Shown: piece by piece, positions 9,123-18,117 of the stretch
How positions within the stretch are numbered: the stretch's first letter is position 1
How the letters are laid out: each line of letters opens with the position of its first letter
Virus record (IMG/VR): IMGVR_UViG_3300023235_000012
Span: 1-64,000 of that record
Strand: one strand, 5' to 3'
DNA from: a virus
DNA length: 64,000 bases
Translations under genes and position numbers: made by a program
The notes under the pieces: model-generated
The model's database searches: none
Told to the model about the DNA's origin: nothing
Seen by the model: the letters and a program-made list of their open reading frames with translations, nothing else

Positions 9123-9914
9123 TTAAATCTCCACCAAAAGGTTAGGATCAAACCCGGGATTGATTTCTCCGGCTGGTAGATCCGGACAAGCCGGATAACC
9201 ACGTGGATTAGCAACAACCCGAACGTCACCTAGGTTATAATCACTTGAGTGATGAATATGCCCATGAAACCAAAGATTAGGATTTAGATCCATTGCAAAG
9301 TATTCGTATCTACTCGCGTAGCACGAATTCAACTCTTCACCTGCATAGATATCAGGTACACTCTCTTCGCTTGGAGCGTGATGAGTCACCACTACCGTCT
9401 TTTCATCCTGCTTTCCATCCAAAGCTTCCTTCAAGAAAAACTTCGCCATTAGGTTTTCGCTCACCAGATCCGCCGGTTTTAGCTTTCCAGGACGTTCTCC
9501 CGACTTTCCATAGTTGATTCTCCGATAATCATTCATACTGGATAGGGCCTGAATCTGCGCAAGTGGAGCTTTACCGTAAAGATCATAATCGGTCCACAGC
9601 GTAGTCCCAACGAAAAGGACGTCGTCAATCTTCACTGAATCGTTCTGCAGAAAATGAACATGAGTTCCTTCTGTTTCGGCACGAAGCGTGTCGTACAATT
9701 TTGGAATCTTCCATTTGTTCCCGTAGGCTTCATGATTGCCGGCGATAATAACAACCGGCACATCAAAGGTTCGAAGAGCCCATTGGACTCCCTGTCGACC
9801 TACGCCGATATCACCTGCCAAGACGACCACGTCCGTTCCTTTGGGTGTCTTATAAGGCAGATTCCCATTTATGAATTCAATATGAAGATCACTGGTTGCA
9901 TGTATTTTCATCAT
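9123..9914 (-). CDS. calcineurin-like metallophosphoesterase
   Basis: SDLH, AGDI, GNHE, THH, HGHIH motifs. Confidence 0.92.
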   Translation of the reverse strand: MMKIHATSDLHIEFINGNLPYKTPKGTDVVVLAGDIGVGRQGVQWALRTFDVPVVIIAGNHEAYGNKWKIPKLYDTLRAETEGTHVHFLQNDSVKIDDVLFVGTTLWTDYDLYGKAPLAQIQALSSMNDYRRINYGKSGERPGKLKPADLVSENLMAKFFLKEALDGKQDEKTVVVTHHAPSEESVPDIYAGEELNSCYASRYEYFAMDLNPNLWFHGHIHHSSDYNLGDVRVVANPRGYPACPDLPAGEINPGFDPNLLVEI

Positions 9915-9993
9915 TTTCTCCTATTTTTAATAGTAACAAATTGTCAAAGAGAAAATACATTTCATTTTGATTAATTTGAAATTTATATCAAAT

Positions 9994-10347
9994 TCAGCGT
10001 CCAAAACCTTTTATAACGATGTCGTTTGGAAAAACTCCATGCCTTTGAGCTGATTCTAGAAAAGAAGAAATCTGTTCAGCACCTATTGGATTCATTGAAT
10101 GAACCCTAATTTCTTCGAGCTTATTAAATTCACAGCCCGAATCCATTAGTTCAATTAGAACTTTTGCACAATCAAAACCGTCTTTTAATGCACCGTTGGG
10201 TCCAGAACCGAGATCATGATCAAAGCTAATAAGTTCGATGCTATTACAGTTAGCTCGAGCCAAGACGGCGAAATCACCGATTCCTCTAGCTACTAACCAT
10301 CCCTCTTCTTCAGGAGGATAGCGTTCATCGTCTAGGAACAGCTTCAT
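9994..10347 (-). CDS. cyclic-phosphate-processing receiver-like domain protein
   Basis: LFLDDERYPP, ISFDHDLG, VHSMNPIG. Confidence 0.75.
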   Translation of the reverse strand: MKLFLDDERYPPEEEGWLVARGIGDFAVLARANCNSIELISFDHDLGSGPNGALKDGFDCAKVLIELMDSGCEFNKLEEIRVHSMNPIGAEQISSFLESAQRHGVFPNDIVIKGFGR

Positions 10348-10700
10348 TCTTCTTTTTCCTTATCTGCCTTCTTCTGAGCGTTTTCTTCTTCTTGAGCCTT
10401 CTTCGCAGGATCAACCCACGCCCCGGCGATCTTATCATCCATCTCTTGTTTGTATTCCAGATTCGAATTACGCTTTCGCAACAATTCGAAAAACTTTTCA
10501 GGGTCGAAACCTACTGCTGACTTCCCCCTGGTTAATTTCACGAGAAGATCTTCAATCTCGCTATTGACTTTGTGCCTTTGATCAAAAGGCACAGTGTCGG
10601 AAAAATAAAGCTGTTCTAACTTTGTCACATACGTTTGCATCGCAACCATTCGTTCGGCGTTTGCAAAATGACTAAAATCACCTTTGACATATTTTGGCAT
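10344..10700 (-). CDS. hypothetical protein
   Basis: 118-aa ORF, AAGGA SD, downstream of sigma70-like promoter. Confidence 0.65.
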   Translation of the reverse strand: MPKYVKGDFSHFANAERMVAMQTYVTKLEQLYFSDTVPFDQRHKVNSEIEDLLVKLTRGKSAVGFDPEKFFELLRKRNSNLEYKQEMDDKIAGAWVDPAKKAQEEENAQKKADKEKEE

Positions 10701-10735
10701 ATTAAATTTCCTTTTTGTTTCTGACTTAGTATGTT

Positions 10736-10764
10736 ATTATAGTAAGAAACTTGTAGATTGTCAA
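10736..10764 (-). promoter_or_regulatory. sigma70-like early promoter
   Basis: Consensus TTGACA-N17-TATAAT on minus. Confidence 0.75.
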
Positions 10765-11057
10765 GAACTCTTTGCTAAAATCATCTGAATTTGATCTTTA
10801 TATTGCTGGATATATTTGGCTAGATAAGCCATGTGATGAGCAGCAGAAAGTTTTGATTCAGCTTGGAATCTATTTTTCTCAAACTGCTGTTCCATCACGT
10901 TAATTATTACTGAAGCATTTTCCTTATGTTTTTTTCGAAGGTTTTTAGTAACTTCAACTTCTTCCACGGTATTCCATGTTCCGTTTTCAAGCTTACGAAA
11001 ATGTGTGATAGAGATATAGCATCTCTTCTTCTGTGATTTTTCTGCTTGATTTTTCAT
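10761..11057 (-). CDS. hypothetical protein
   Basis: 98-aa ORF, TAATG-coupled to the clamp loader gene. Confidence 0.65.
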   Translation of the reverse strand: MKNQAEKSQKKRCYISITHFRKLENGTWNTVEEVEVTKNLRKKHKENASVIINVMEQQFEKNRFQAESKLSAAHHMAYLAKYIQQYKDQIQMILAKSS

Positions 11058-11992
11058 TACAATTCACCTTTTAACATTGCGAGAGAATCAAGCGTCGCTG
11101 CAAGATTGATCTCTGGATCTGCTATTATTGCATGATTTAATAACCCATCTCGGATTATTATTGTAGCCTTAACCTTTCCCATTTCTTCCTCTGCCCAAAG
11201 ATCAAGATTTCGATACATAAATCTAAAAAACTCTTCAAACTCGGAATCTTGAATATGAGAACAAATCAATTCGCGACCTTTCAAAATTCGGCCGTCTTTA
11301 AACAATTCAATTGCCTCAAGCATATAATCACTATTAGACTCTTCACCTGAAGCAGACAGCAGCTTTCCGCCTTGGCTGTTTTCTTGCAAGAAATTTATCA
11401 TCTTCCTCAAATCGGGATAAGCCGCTCGGATGTAGCTGTCCAAGTCTTCAATCTCAAAATCAATCTGTTCGTCAACAAGGATTTGTGCTGCTCGAAGTTG
11501 AAACTCTTCAGTGTCCAGTCGATCACAATGCACTTCAGTAAGCCTTGAACGGATTGGAGCGATGATCTTATTTGGATTGTTGCTCGTCAACACAAAACGA
11601 GCGGCATTAGCATAATCTTCCATAATTCGTTTGAGCATTGGTTGAGCTGTTGCGTTGATTTGTTCTGCTTCTTCCAACAATACGACTTTGAAATCACCAA
11701 AGCCAATCGTCTGCACAAAATTCAAAACCTTGGTTCGAATCATGTCTACATTGCGATCTTCTGATGCATTGACATAGAGGATGTCACCTTTCTCAACCTC
11801 AAGTTCGTTCATCAGAACGTTGACAATTGAACTTTTCCCTGTACCGGCCGGACCGTGGAACAGAATATGGGGAATATTTTTTTCAGCTATCCATCCTTCA
11901 ATTGTCTTGCGTTGGCGTTGATCTTTGAAGACATAGTCTTGCATATTAGCTGGGCGATATTTTTCTGTCCAGAGGAATTCTTCTTTTTTCAT
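11057..11992 (-). CDS. sliding clamp loader AAA+ subunit (T4 gp44/RFC-like)
   Basis: WTEKYRP, GPAGTGKS, NASE, IRSR. Confidence 0.95.
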   Translation of the reverse strand: MKKEEFLWTEKYRPANMQDYVFKDQRQRKTIEGWIAEKNIPHILFHGPAGTGKSSIVNVLMNELEVEKGDILYVNASEDRNVDMIRTKVLNFVQTIGFGDFKVVLLEEAEQINATAQPMLKRIMEDYANAARFVLTSNNPNKIIAPIRSRLTEVHCDRLDTEEFQLRAAQILVDEQIDFEIEDLDSYIRAAYPDLRKMINFLQENSQGGKLLSASGEESNSDYMLEAIELFKDGRILKGRELICSHIQDSEFEEFFRFMYRNLDLWAEEEMGKVKATIIIRDGLLNHAIIADPEINLAATLDSLAMLKGEL

Positions 11993-12225
11993 CTACATAA
12001 ATCCTTCAATGCTAAGAGGGTTGTTAATTTTTCACGTAAGACAGGATATCGATCAAGCAAATAATCTTCATCGAATTGATACGCGTCTGCATAATCTTCT
12101 TCCAATGAAGTTTTTTCAGAATTTTCAGCTTTATTCAATTCAGACATATAAACATGAAAAGCCTGCTTGATTGTCGGGTTTTCTTGCATATAATTATATG
12201 CTGCTTTTAAACTTTTCATAAACAC
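11989..12225 (-). CDS. hypothetical protein
   Basis: 78-aa ORF; ENPTIKQAF motif shared with neighbour. Confidence 0.55.
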   Translation of the reverse strand: MFMKSLKAAYNYMQENPTIKQAFHVYMSELNKAENSEKTSLEEDYADAYQFDEDYLLDRYPVLREKLTTLLALKDLCR

Positions 12226-12539
12226 AAGCCTTTTATTCGCTGATAATCATCCCAGGCGCGTTGAAGACTTGGATTTTCTTTCCGGAGCTCTTCATCTTCT
12301 CCTATTGACCTTGCTATTTCTGCAATAACTCTAAATTTTGAAGCATCACCAATTAATATTGCTTGTTTCTCTTCGCTTGAAAGCTTCACAGCACCGGTGA
12401 ATTTGAAATAAATTTCTTTTTCTAGCGGAGCAGAAATAGATTCAACTCCGTGTAAATCCAATCCTAATGTCTGAAAAATAGCATTCAGACATACTTTGAT
12501 CATTGGACAATACTTTTGATGATTTGGTAATGCTGTCAT
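12216..12539 (-). CDS. hypothetical protein
   Basis: 107-aa ORF, GGAGG SD, C-terminal ENPSLQRAWDDY motif. Confidence 0.6.
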   Translation of the reverse strand: MTALPNHQKYCPMIKVCLNAIFQTLGLDLHGVESISAPLEKEIYFKFTGAVKLSSEEKQAILIGDASKFRVIAEIARSIGEDEELRKENPSLQRAWDDYQRIKGLCL

Positions 12540-12629
12540 GCTTCCTCCAATGATGGATTATTTTATCTAAGAGTAACATCTTTCGGGTGATAAGTCAAAA
12601 TGTCGTTGGCTTCTTCGATCCCTATCTCA

Positions 12630-12812
12630 TTAATAACGTTTCTTTGGTGCGTCATTAAAATTCACATTCCCAGTTTGCGATTTCATAAAATCTTTTCCTT
12701 TTACTCAAATCTGACCGTCAAATGTAATTTCCGGATGATCTATAGGAATTAATTTTTCTCCCAAACTGAAATAATGAGAAGAACCATCAGCGATGAACTG
12801 TTTTAAGAGCAT
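12630..12812 (-). pseudogene. remnant resembling the tail-protein N-terminal module, with in-frame TGA
   Basis: TAATG-coupled to GroES gene: MLLKQFIADG...FDGQI[TGA 12705-12707]VKGKDF..VNFNDAP. Confidence 0.35.
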
Positions 12813-13435
12813 TAATTAAAAGAATTGGAGCCATATCTTTTCAAGTGATCGGGTTTTTCTTCTAAGACGCCAAGCACTCCTCTCCGAACACTTTTCTCTT
12901 CGATAATTTGCATATCAGCTGTGCTTCCATACTTCGTTGTTAGTGTGATGATATGGCTCCAGTTCCCATGTTCCAATAACACCCATTGACCAGGACTCAA
13001 TTCATCTTCCCACATTTTACCAACCTGCCAAATCTGAGCCCAACGTGGACGAATTCCACGTTCTTTCATGTGATCATCAGTGATGATAATACCATTGCGG
13101 GTTTTATACTCACCCTTTTCAAGATTAGTAACATAAAGACCAGTATCTGGCACCTTAAAGAAACCTTCGGATTTTTCTGGACGAACACCAAGAACATGCT
13201 CTTCTTTTACCACATGGTATTTTTCATCGTTGATAGTGACTTCTTCACCTGCAGCAAATTGATAAAGAATACTATCGGTTTCTGATACCGTCAATTCTTC
13301 CATATTACCACTCGCAACAACGTCACCTTCCACGGCTTGGTTTGGATTGAAATTGACAAGCAAAATACCAGACGCTGTCCGGTCCGGTAAGTCTTTAGGT
13401 TTAATTAAAAGGTTTCCTTTTAAGGGTCGAAACAT
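12812..13435 (-). CDS. groES: tandem two-domain GroES/Cpn10 co-chaperonin
   Basis: Domain 1 RPLKGNLLIK..TASGILL..GDVVASG; domain 2 KTRNGIII..RPRWAQIWQVG..PGQWVL. Confidence 0.85.
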   Translation of the reverse strand: MFRPLKGNLLIKPKDLPDRTASGILLVNFNPNQAVEGDVVASGNMEELTVSETDSILYQFAAGEEVTINDEKYHVVKEEHVLGVRPEKSEGFFKVPDTGLYVTNLEKGEYKTRNGIIITDDHMKERGIRPRWAQIWQVGKMWEDELSPGQWVLLEHGNWSHIITLTTKYGSTADMQIIEEKSVRRGVLGVLEEKPDHLKRYGSNSFN

Positions 13436-13444
13436 TGCTACTCC

Positions 13445-13840
13445 TTAGTTGAAATTGATTTTGTCTTCTAATACATCTTCTTGGACTTCTTCTTGGACTT
13501 CTTCTTGGACTTCTTCTTGGACTTCTTTAGTAGCTTTTGCTTTAGAAGTATTAGTCGACTTTTTTTCTTTTACCACGGACTTAGAAAGCTCAATGAACTC
13601 TTGTTCTGCTTTCTTATCTTCTGTTGGATTAGAATGAATCGAAACTTTAGCTACTGCTTTAGGATCGTTCTCGTGATATTCACGAATAAGGTCTTCGCGT
13701 CTACGGACTACTTTTCCGCCATGGCCTATTTTATCACCTCGCGCGTTCATATTAGCGTTTCCTATAGCAACGTCCTTTTCATGACGCATCAATAATGCAT
13801 TCATGTCTATACTCTTTCCTCTATATGATTTTGATTCCAT
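13445..13840 (-). CDS. hypothetical protein
   Basis: AIGNANMNARGDKIG motif; (EEVQ)n tail. Confidence 0.7.
   Translation of the reverse strand: MESKSYRGKSIDMNALLMRHEKDVAIGNANMNARGDKIGHGGKVVRRREDLIREYHENDPKAVAKVSIHSNPTEDKKAEQEFIELSKSVVKEKKSTNTSKAKATKEVQEEVQEEVQEEVQEDVLEDKINFN
13477..13525. repeat. 12-bp coding tandem repeat, about 4 copies
   Basis: (TTCTTGGACTTC)n encoding EVQE repeats. Confidence 0.8.
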
Positions 13841-13850
13841 TTTGGATCTC

Positions 13851-14363
13851 CTATCTTAAAAACTCGCTTATCGGTATTCCGTACGCATTACTATTTATTT
13901 GATGGATACCGATCAAAAATAAACAAAAGCTAGCAACAGAAGATCCTCGACCTACACCATACACGATCTTATTTTCTTCCATAAAGTCAACCAGATAAAT
14001 CAAAAAACGCAAAAATACTTCCATGTCGCGTTCTTTAAACATTATTAATTCTTGTGCTACTCTTTCGAGTTCTTCGTCTGTCTCACATCTGGATGCAAAG
14101 AATTCCTCTAAATTTAATTCTTTGTATTTTTCTGGCATTTCCCAATTAGATTGATTTTCTTCGTGATTAATATCTAAATTGGATTTCAATTTCTTTTCTT
14201 TGAAATACTCTGCCCAGTGATTGAACAACAAGACATCATCATGTTCGCCGAAATCGGCTTGGTCATTTGGATTTCCACCAGCGTACAGAAAATCAATCAG
14301 ACCTTGTTCAGAATAATGAACTAAACCTTGATCATCAATCGTTCTGTTTTCAAGTTCAATCAT
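13851..14363 (-). CDS. DnaE (Pol III alpha)-like N-terminal palm fragment
   Basis: ERVAQEL...YLVDF...IVYGVGRGSSVASFCLFLIGI...EFLR matches the DnaE GxGRGS region; ends just before PDxDxD. Confidence 0.85.
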   Translation of the reverse strand: MIELENRTIDDQGLVHYSEQGLIDFLYAGGNPNDQADFGEHDDVLLFNHWAEYFKEKKLKSNLDINHEENQSNWEMPEKYKELNLEEFFASRCETDEELERVAQELIMFKERDMEVFLRFLIYLVDFMEENKIVYGVGRGSSVASFCLFLIGIHQINSNAYGIPISEFLR

Positions 14364-14682
14364 TTCTCATCAAAGATCCATATCGATTATGGAACTCTGA
14401 AACATAATCAGTCTTAACAGCCTGAACACATGCGGACCAGGTTGCAACTGAAGAATACCGACTGAATAATCCCTGTGCTGTATTGAAGATTGAATCTTCC
14501 TTGGCATATTGTTCAGCTAGCTTTCCACGAGCATTAGCCCGGTGCATGGCCCGCTGATTAAGACTAGCATTACTAGGATTTTCACGGCGATCTCGACGCA
14601 TAGCGTTACGGATTTTCCGTGAAACGTTTGGTCGTTCTCCCTTAGAAACCAATCCTGAAGACTTTCCTGCTTTCTTACCCAT
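14356..14682 (-). CDS. basic hypothetical protein
   Basis: 108-aa K/R-rich ORF coupled to neighbours. Confidence 0.65.
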   Translation of the reverse strand: MGKKAGKSSGLVSKGERPNVSRKIRNAMRRDRRENPSNASLNQRAMHRANARGKLAEQYAKEDSIFNTAQGLFSRYSSVATWSACVQAVKTDYVSEFHNRYGSLMRND

Positions 14683-14923
14683 TTCTTTTTTCCTTTTCGT
14701 ATCCGCCTGATTCCAGGACTGTTCCTCGATTTTTTTGAGCTTCTTCTTTGAGCATACGCTCTTGCATCTCCAAGTAGATTGAATCCCTAATCGATTTCAT
14801 CTGGTTTATTAACATTACATTACCTGGAGAATGATTTACAATAATAATTTTCTTATTAATGTCTTCTAATTTTTGATCTAATTCTTGATCAGATAGAGTG
14901 ACTGGATCAAACAAAGCATTCAT
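14675..14923 (-). CDS. hypothetical coiled-coil protein
   Basis: Probable start MNALFDP with GAGGT SD. Confidence 0.55.
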   Translation of the reverse strand: MNALFDPVTLSDQELDQKLEDINKKIIIVNHSPGNVMLINQMKSIRDSIYLEMQERMLKEEAQKNRGTVLESGGYEKEKRNG

Positions 14924-14924
14924 T

Positions 14925-15377
14925 TTACACCTCGAGGTAAATGTTTTTGCCTTCATAGTTCGGATCCGATTCTCGATCTCGCACTTCCGAACGTTCGATA
15001 GAAAATTTTCCACCTGGATAGCGTGACTCCAGCTTATGGATGTTATCTTCGATGACTTTCGTTAAAGGATGATCTAGTTGCTTCATCAACTTTGAAAGAT
15101 ACCACAAAACGTCACCGCATTCGTCCTTCATTGCTCTGATAGAATTAACATCCCATTGCTTACCGTGGAATTTAATCTTCTTCCAAAGATCTGCGATTTC
15201 TCCTGCTTCACCAGCAAGACCGGTGATTGCTGTATCTGTTGCTGCGAAATTTAGACCAATCTTTTCAATTTCGCGAATACGCTTTATGAAAGATTCGCTA
15301 TCGGTGCTATCTGGACTGGTGACCTGGTCTACGAAACCTTGATACTGTCCAAAATATTCATCTACTTCTTTTTCCAT
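14925..15377 (-). CDS. mazG: MazG-like NTP pyrophosphohydrolase
   Basis: GLAGEAGEIADLWKK, DECGDVLWY, NIHKLESRYP. Confidence 0.9.
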   Translation of the reverse strand: MEKEVDEYFGQYQGFVDQVTSPDSTDSESFIKRIREIEKIGLNFAATDTAITGLAGEAGEIADLWKKIKFHGKQWDVNSIRAMKDECGDVLWYLSKLMKQLDHPLTKVIEDNIHKLESRYPGGKFSIERSEVRDRESDPNYEGKNIYLEV

Positions 15378-15886
15378 TTTAACTCCACTAATTTTTTTTG
15401 GGCATATTCTTCATCGCAGAGTTTTCTACTCGAAAACTCACTGTTCTTCTCCACTTTCTTAAGTATCAGTTCTTTTGGAATCCAGCTTATATCCGGAATT
15501 TCTTCTTCGTATTCAACTTCGAGCATGACAAATTCCGTTTCGCCGTATTGGAAAATATCCAAATCCCAAATGATTCCAGTCGTTTGTTGATTAGTATATC
15601 TTGTCTTTGAAAGACTCTGGATACTATATTGCATTAATCTTCCAAATTCTTCTTTTGTTATTTCTCTTTCAAATTCAATTGCGCTGTTTTTTCCGTGTGG
15701 AATCTTATAAGTGAAAGTGAATTTGAAACTTCCATCAATCATGCTCTCCCTAGATCGAATTCTAGTTCTTCCATCTAAATAGAATTGTTCTATTCTTGAT
15801 GACCACCAACCCATCTTCTGAGAAAATTCAGTTAGGACCTGAACCGAATTTGGAATCAAAACTATTTTCGTCTCTTGTTCGATCAT
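15362..15886 (-). CDS. CYTH (triphosphate tunnel) domain protein
   Basis: EQETK (ExExK), IEQFYL, RIR, EFEREI, KTRY, LEVE. Confidence 0.85.
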   Translation of the reverse strand: MIEQETKIVLIPNSVQVLTEFSQKMGWWSSRIEQFYLDGRTRIRSRESMIDGSFKFTFTYKIPHGKNSAIEFEREITKEEFGRLMQYSIQSLSKTRYTNQQTTGIIWDLDIFQYGETEFVMLEVEYEEEIPDISWIPKELILKKVEKNSEFSSRKLCDEEYAQKKLVELKWKKK

Positions 15887-15910
15887 ATTGTTAATATAAC
15901 AAAGAAAAGA

Positions 15911-18049
15911 TTAAGAGTCAATATTGGTTCCAATAATAAAAGACCTGCTTCGAGAAAATCCTGAAGAACTGTTAGCTGAGATAATGAAGCTCCAATATTT
16001 TTCTTCGTCAGTATCAATCACTCCAGCGATGATACCGTTAGAAGCAAGTAGCAAGCCCGTAGGTAAGGTTCCACTTGACAAGCTATAGTCTCTAGGTAAA
16101 TCATTTGGATCATTTGCCTGGACTGCGATACTCACAACATCAGTGTCATCAAAACTATCTAACAAACCAGGTAAAGTCATCCAAATCGGTGCATTGGAAG
16201 CCAGCTCTTCTTGATCCTCCTGTGTCTCTAACAATGAATGGAAATGAACCGAGAAATCTTGAGGAAGATCGTCATCGACACTTGTCTCAAAATTGATGGA
16301 CGTAAATTTTATTCGCTCACCCTTGACATTACTTCCGAAAACTTCATCGGCTAAGAGATCAGCGTAAAGCTGTTCTCCCTCGCCCGGCTGCATGAAAACA
16401 ATGGTAATAGCGGGCAAGAAGTCAAGTACGCTGGTGCTATCGTTTTGTATCTGTTCGCTGGTCATCCATAGAGGAAGGGTATCAGTCCCTCCTGAAATTC
16501 CCGGAAAGGTATTTGTGAACAGATCGCGGAAGGTGTTTAAAGAAGATGGATAGATCGTCTTCTGCGTCTGTGGAGTAACGAAGCTAGTCAATGGATCGGT
16601 GACGAGCTCTACAATCTCTCTGTAAAGAACCTCGTAAAGAACGAAACCGTCCGTATCTCTAGCGTAAGCTAGTTTCAGGTCACCTACAATAATTTCCATG
16701 GGAATCATTAGCTTTTCATATCTGCTTTTGAATTCTGCTGGCCCTGCTGTCTTGAGATTTTCTTGAACAAGAATACGAGGGAACTCTTGTACTCCAAACC
16801 GTTCATCATAAGGCCGGAATAACTTTTCCCTGTCTATTGTTTCTCCTTCGATTATTTCTCGATACTCATCAATAAATTGGTAGGGGATCTGAAAATAAGC
16901 TCTAATTGCTCTTTCTTCATATCCGGCTTCAATTTCAATATTGAATTGCCTGCTAGCTTGGACAAAATCATTCTCGGCCAAGACTGTGAAGGTGTAAGTC
17001 CCAGAAGATTGAAACTGAACGTCATCATATATTGTTGCTTCTGATGGATGAAGCTGAAGACCCTGAGGAAGAGAACCTAAAGAGATAGAAAATCGGATAG
17101 GATAATTACTGTCTGCGTCAAGAGAAAGAAGACTATTTTCACCTACCTTCAACGTTCCAATGTTTCCAGCTTCTGTCACCCAGGTGATTGAAGCGTCGAA
17201 GTTTTCATTTGTAGTGATAGAAAAATTTCTTATTCTGATATTAGAACCATCAGAGACTAGTACGGTGAAAGGCCACGAACCTTGGACGACCGTCGAGCAA
17301 ACGCCTTCGATTGCACCCGTACTAGTATTTAGCGTCAATCCATCAGGAAGAGAACCCGCCGTCAACGTGAAGGTCAACGCATCCCCGTCAGGATCGAAGG
17401 CGTTCAAGACGATGCTCGATGTTTCGCCGTTGTTTATCAATCCAGCAATGCCGGATGAAGTCAACCAAATCGGGGATCGGTTTCCTGTGGCGTTCTGCAC
17501 GAGGATCTCAAAATCTTTATCAATGGTCGTTCCTTCACTTGATTCAGCGCGCATTGTGAAAGAATAAAGAGTATCTACATCGATTTCGCCTACTCTTCCT
17601 TTAAGGAGACCGGTGGCGTTGATAGATACACCTGGAGGAAGAGTCCCTGCAATTTTGGTGAAGGTAGAGATTCCACCTGGATCAGCTAATTGAAACTGAT
17701 GCTCTACCGTATCGAGTTCGACGATGGTAGCTAGCCTGGTATTAGTCAACCAAAGAGGAGCAACTTGCGAAACTAGAATTCCGAAGCCTCGTTCAATCTG
17801 TCCATCGACATTGGTAACTCTGACGGTGAAAAAATATTCTTTTTCAGTTGGAATTGCCGCAACAGTTCCAGTGACTTGATAAGAGGTATTTGATATTTGA
17901 TTGATTACTGTTCCATCTGGAATTTCACCAGAAATAATCTCTACTGTGGCGGTTACGTCACTTGTGAACTCAAAAGACGTCAGAAGAGTATCGCCTTCTA
18001 AGACCTCTGCTATTCTTCCTGATGGTGTTACCCAAACTGGTGATGTCAT
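15911..18049 (-). CDS. Ig-like (He_PIG) repeat virion/baseplate protein
   Basis: Repeated GxLPxGLxL...GxIxG modules and PxWxT motifs; TAAATA at 18074-18079. Confidence 0.8.
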   Translation of the reverse strand: MTSPVWVTPSGRIAEVLEGDTLLTSFEFTSDVTATVEIISGEIPDGTVINQISNTSYQVTGTVAAIPTEKEYFFTVRVTNVDGQIERGFGILVSQVAPLWLTNTRLATIVELDTVEHQFQLADPGGISTFTKIAGTLPPGVSINATGLLKGRVGEIDVDTLYSFTMRAESSEGTTIDKDFEILVQNATGNRSPIWLTSSGIAGLINNGETSSIVLNAFDPDGDALTFTLTAGSLPDGLTLNTSTGAIEGVCSTVVQGSWPFTVLVSDGSNIRIRNFSITTNENFDASITWVTEAGNIGTLKVGENSLLSLDADSNYPIRFSISLGSLPQGLQLHPSEATIYDDVQFQSSGTYTFTVLAENDFVQASRQFNIEIEAGYEERAIRAYFQIPYQFIDEYREIIEGETIDREKLFRPYDERFGVQEFPRILVQENLKTAGPAEFKSRYEKLMIPMEIIVGDLKLAYARDTDGFVLYEVLYREIVELVTDPLTSFVTPQTQKTIYPSSLNTFRDLFTNTFPGISGGTDTLPLWMTSEQIQNDSTSVLDFLPAITIVFMQPGEGEQLYADLLADEVFGSNVKGERIKFTSINFETSVDDDLPQDFSVHFHSLLETQEDQEELASNAPIWMTLPGLLDSFDDTDVVSIAVQANDPNDLPRDYSLSSGTLPTGLLLASNGIIAGVIDTDEEKYWSFIISANSSSGFSRSRSFIIGTNIDS

Positions 18050-18073
18050 AATTTACTCCAAAATTCTACCTAG

Positions 18074-18093
18074 TATTTATTTTGAACTAAATA
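18074..18093. promoter_or_regulatory. back-to-back TAAATA late promoter motifs
   Basis: TAAATA minus 18074-18079 and plus 18088-18093 between divergent genes. Confidence 0.65.
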
Positions 18094-18117
18094 CCCGGTA
18101 AGATTTTGGAGAAAACC

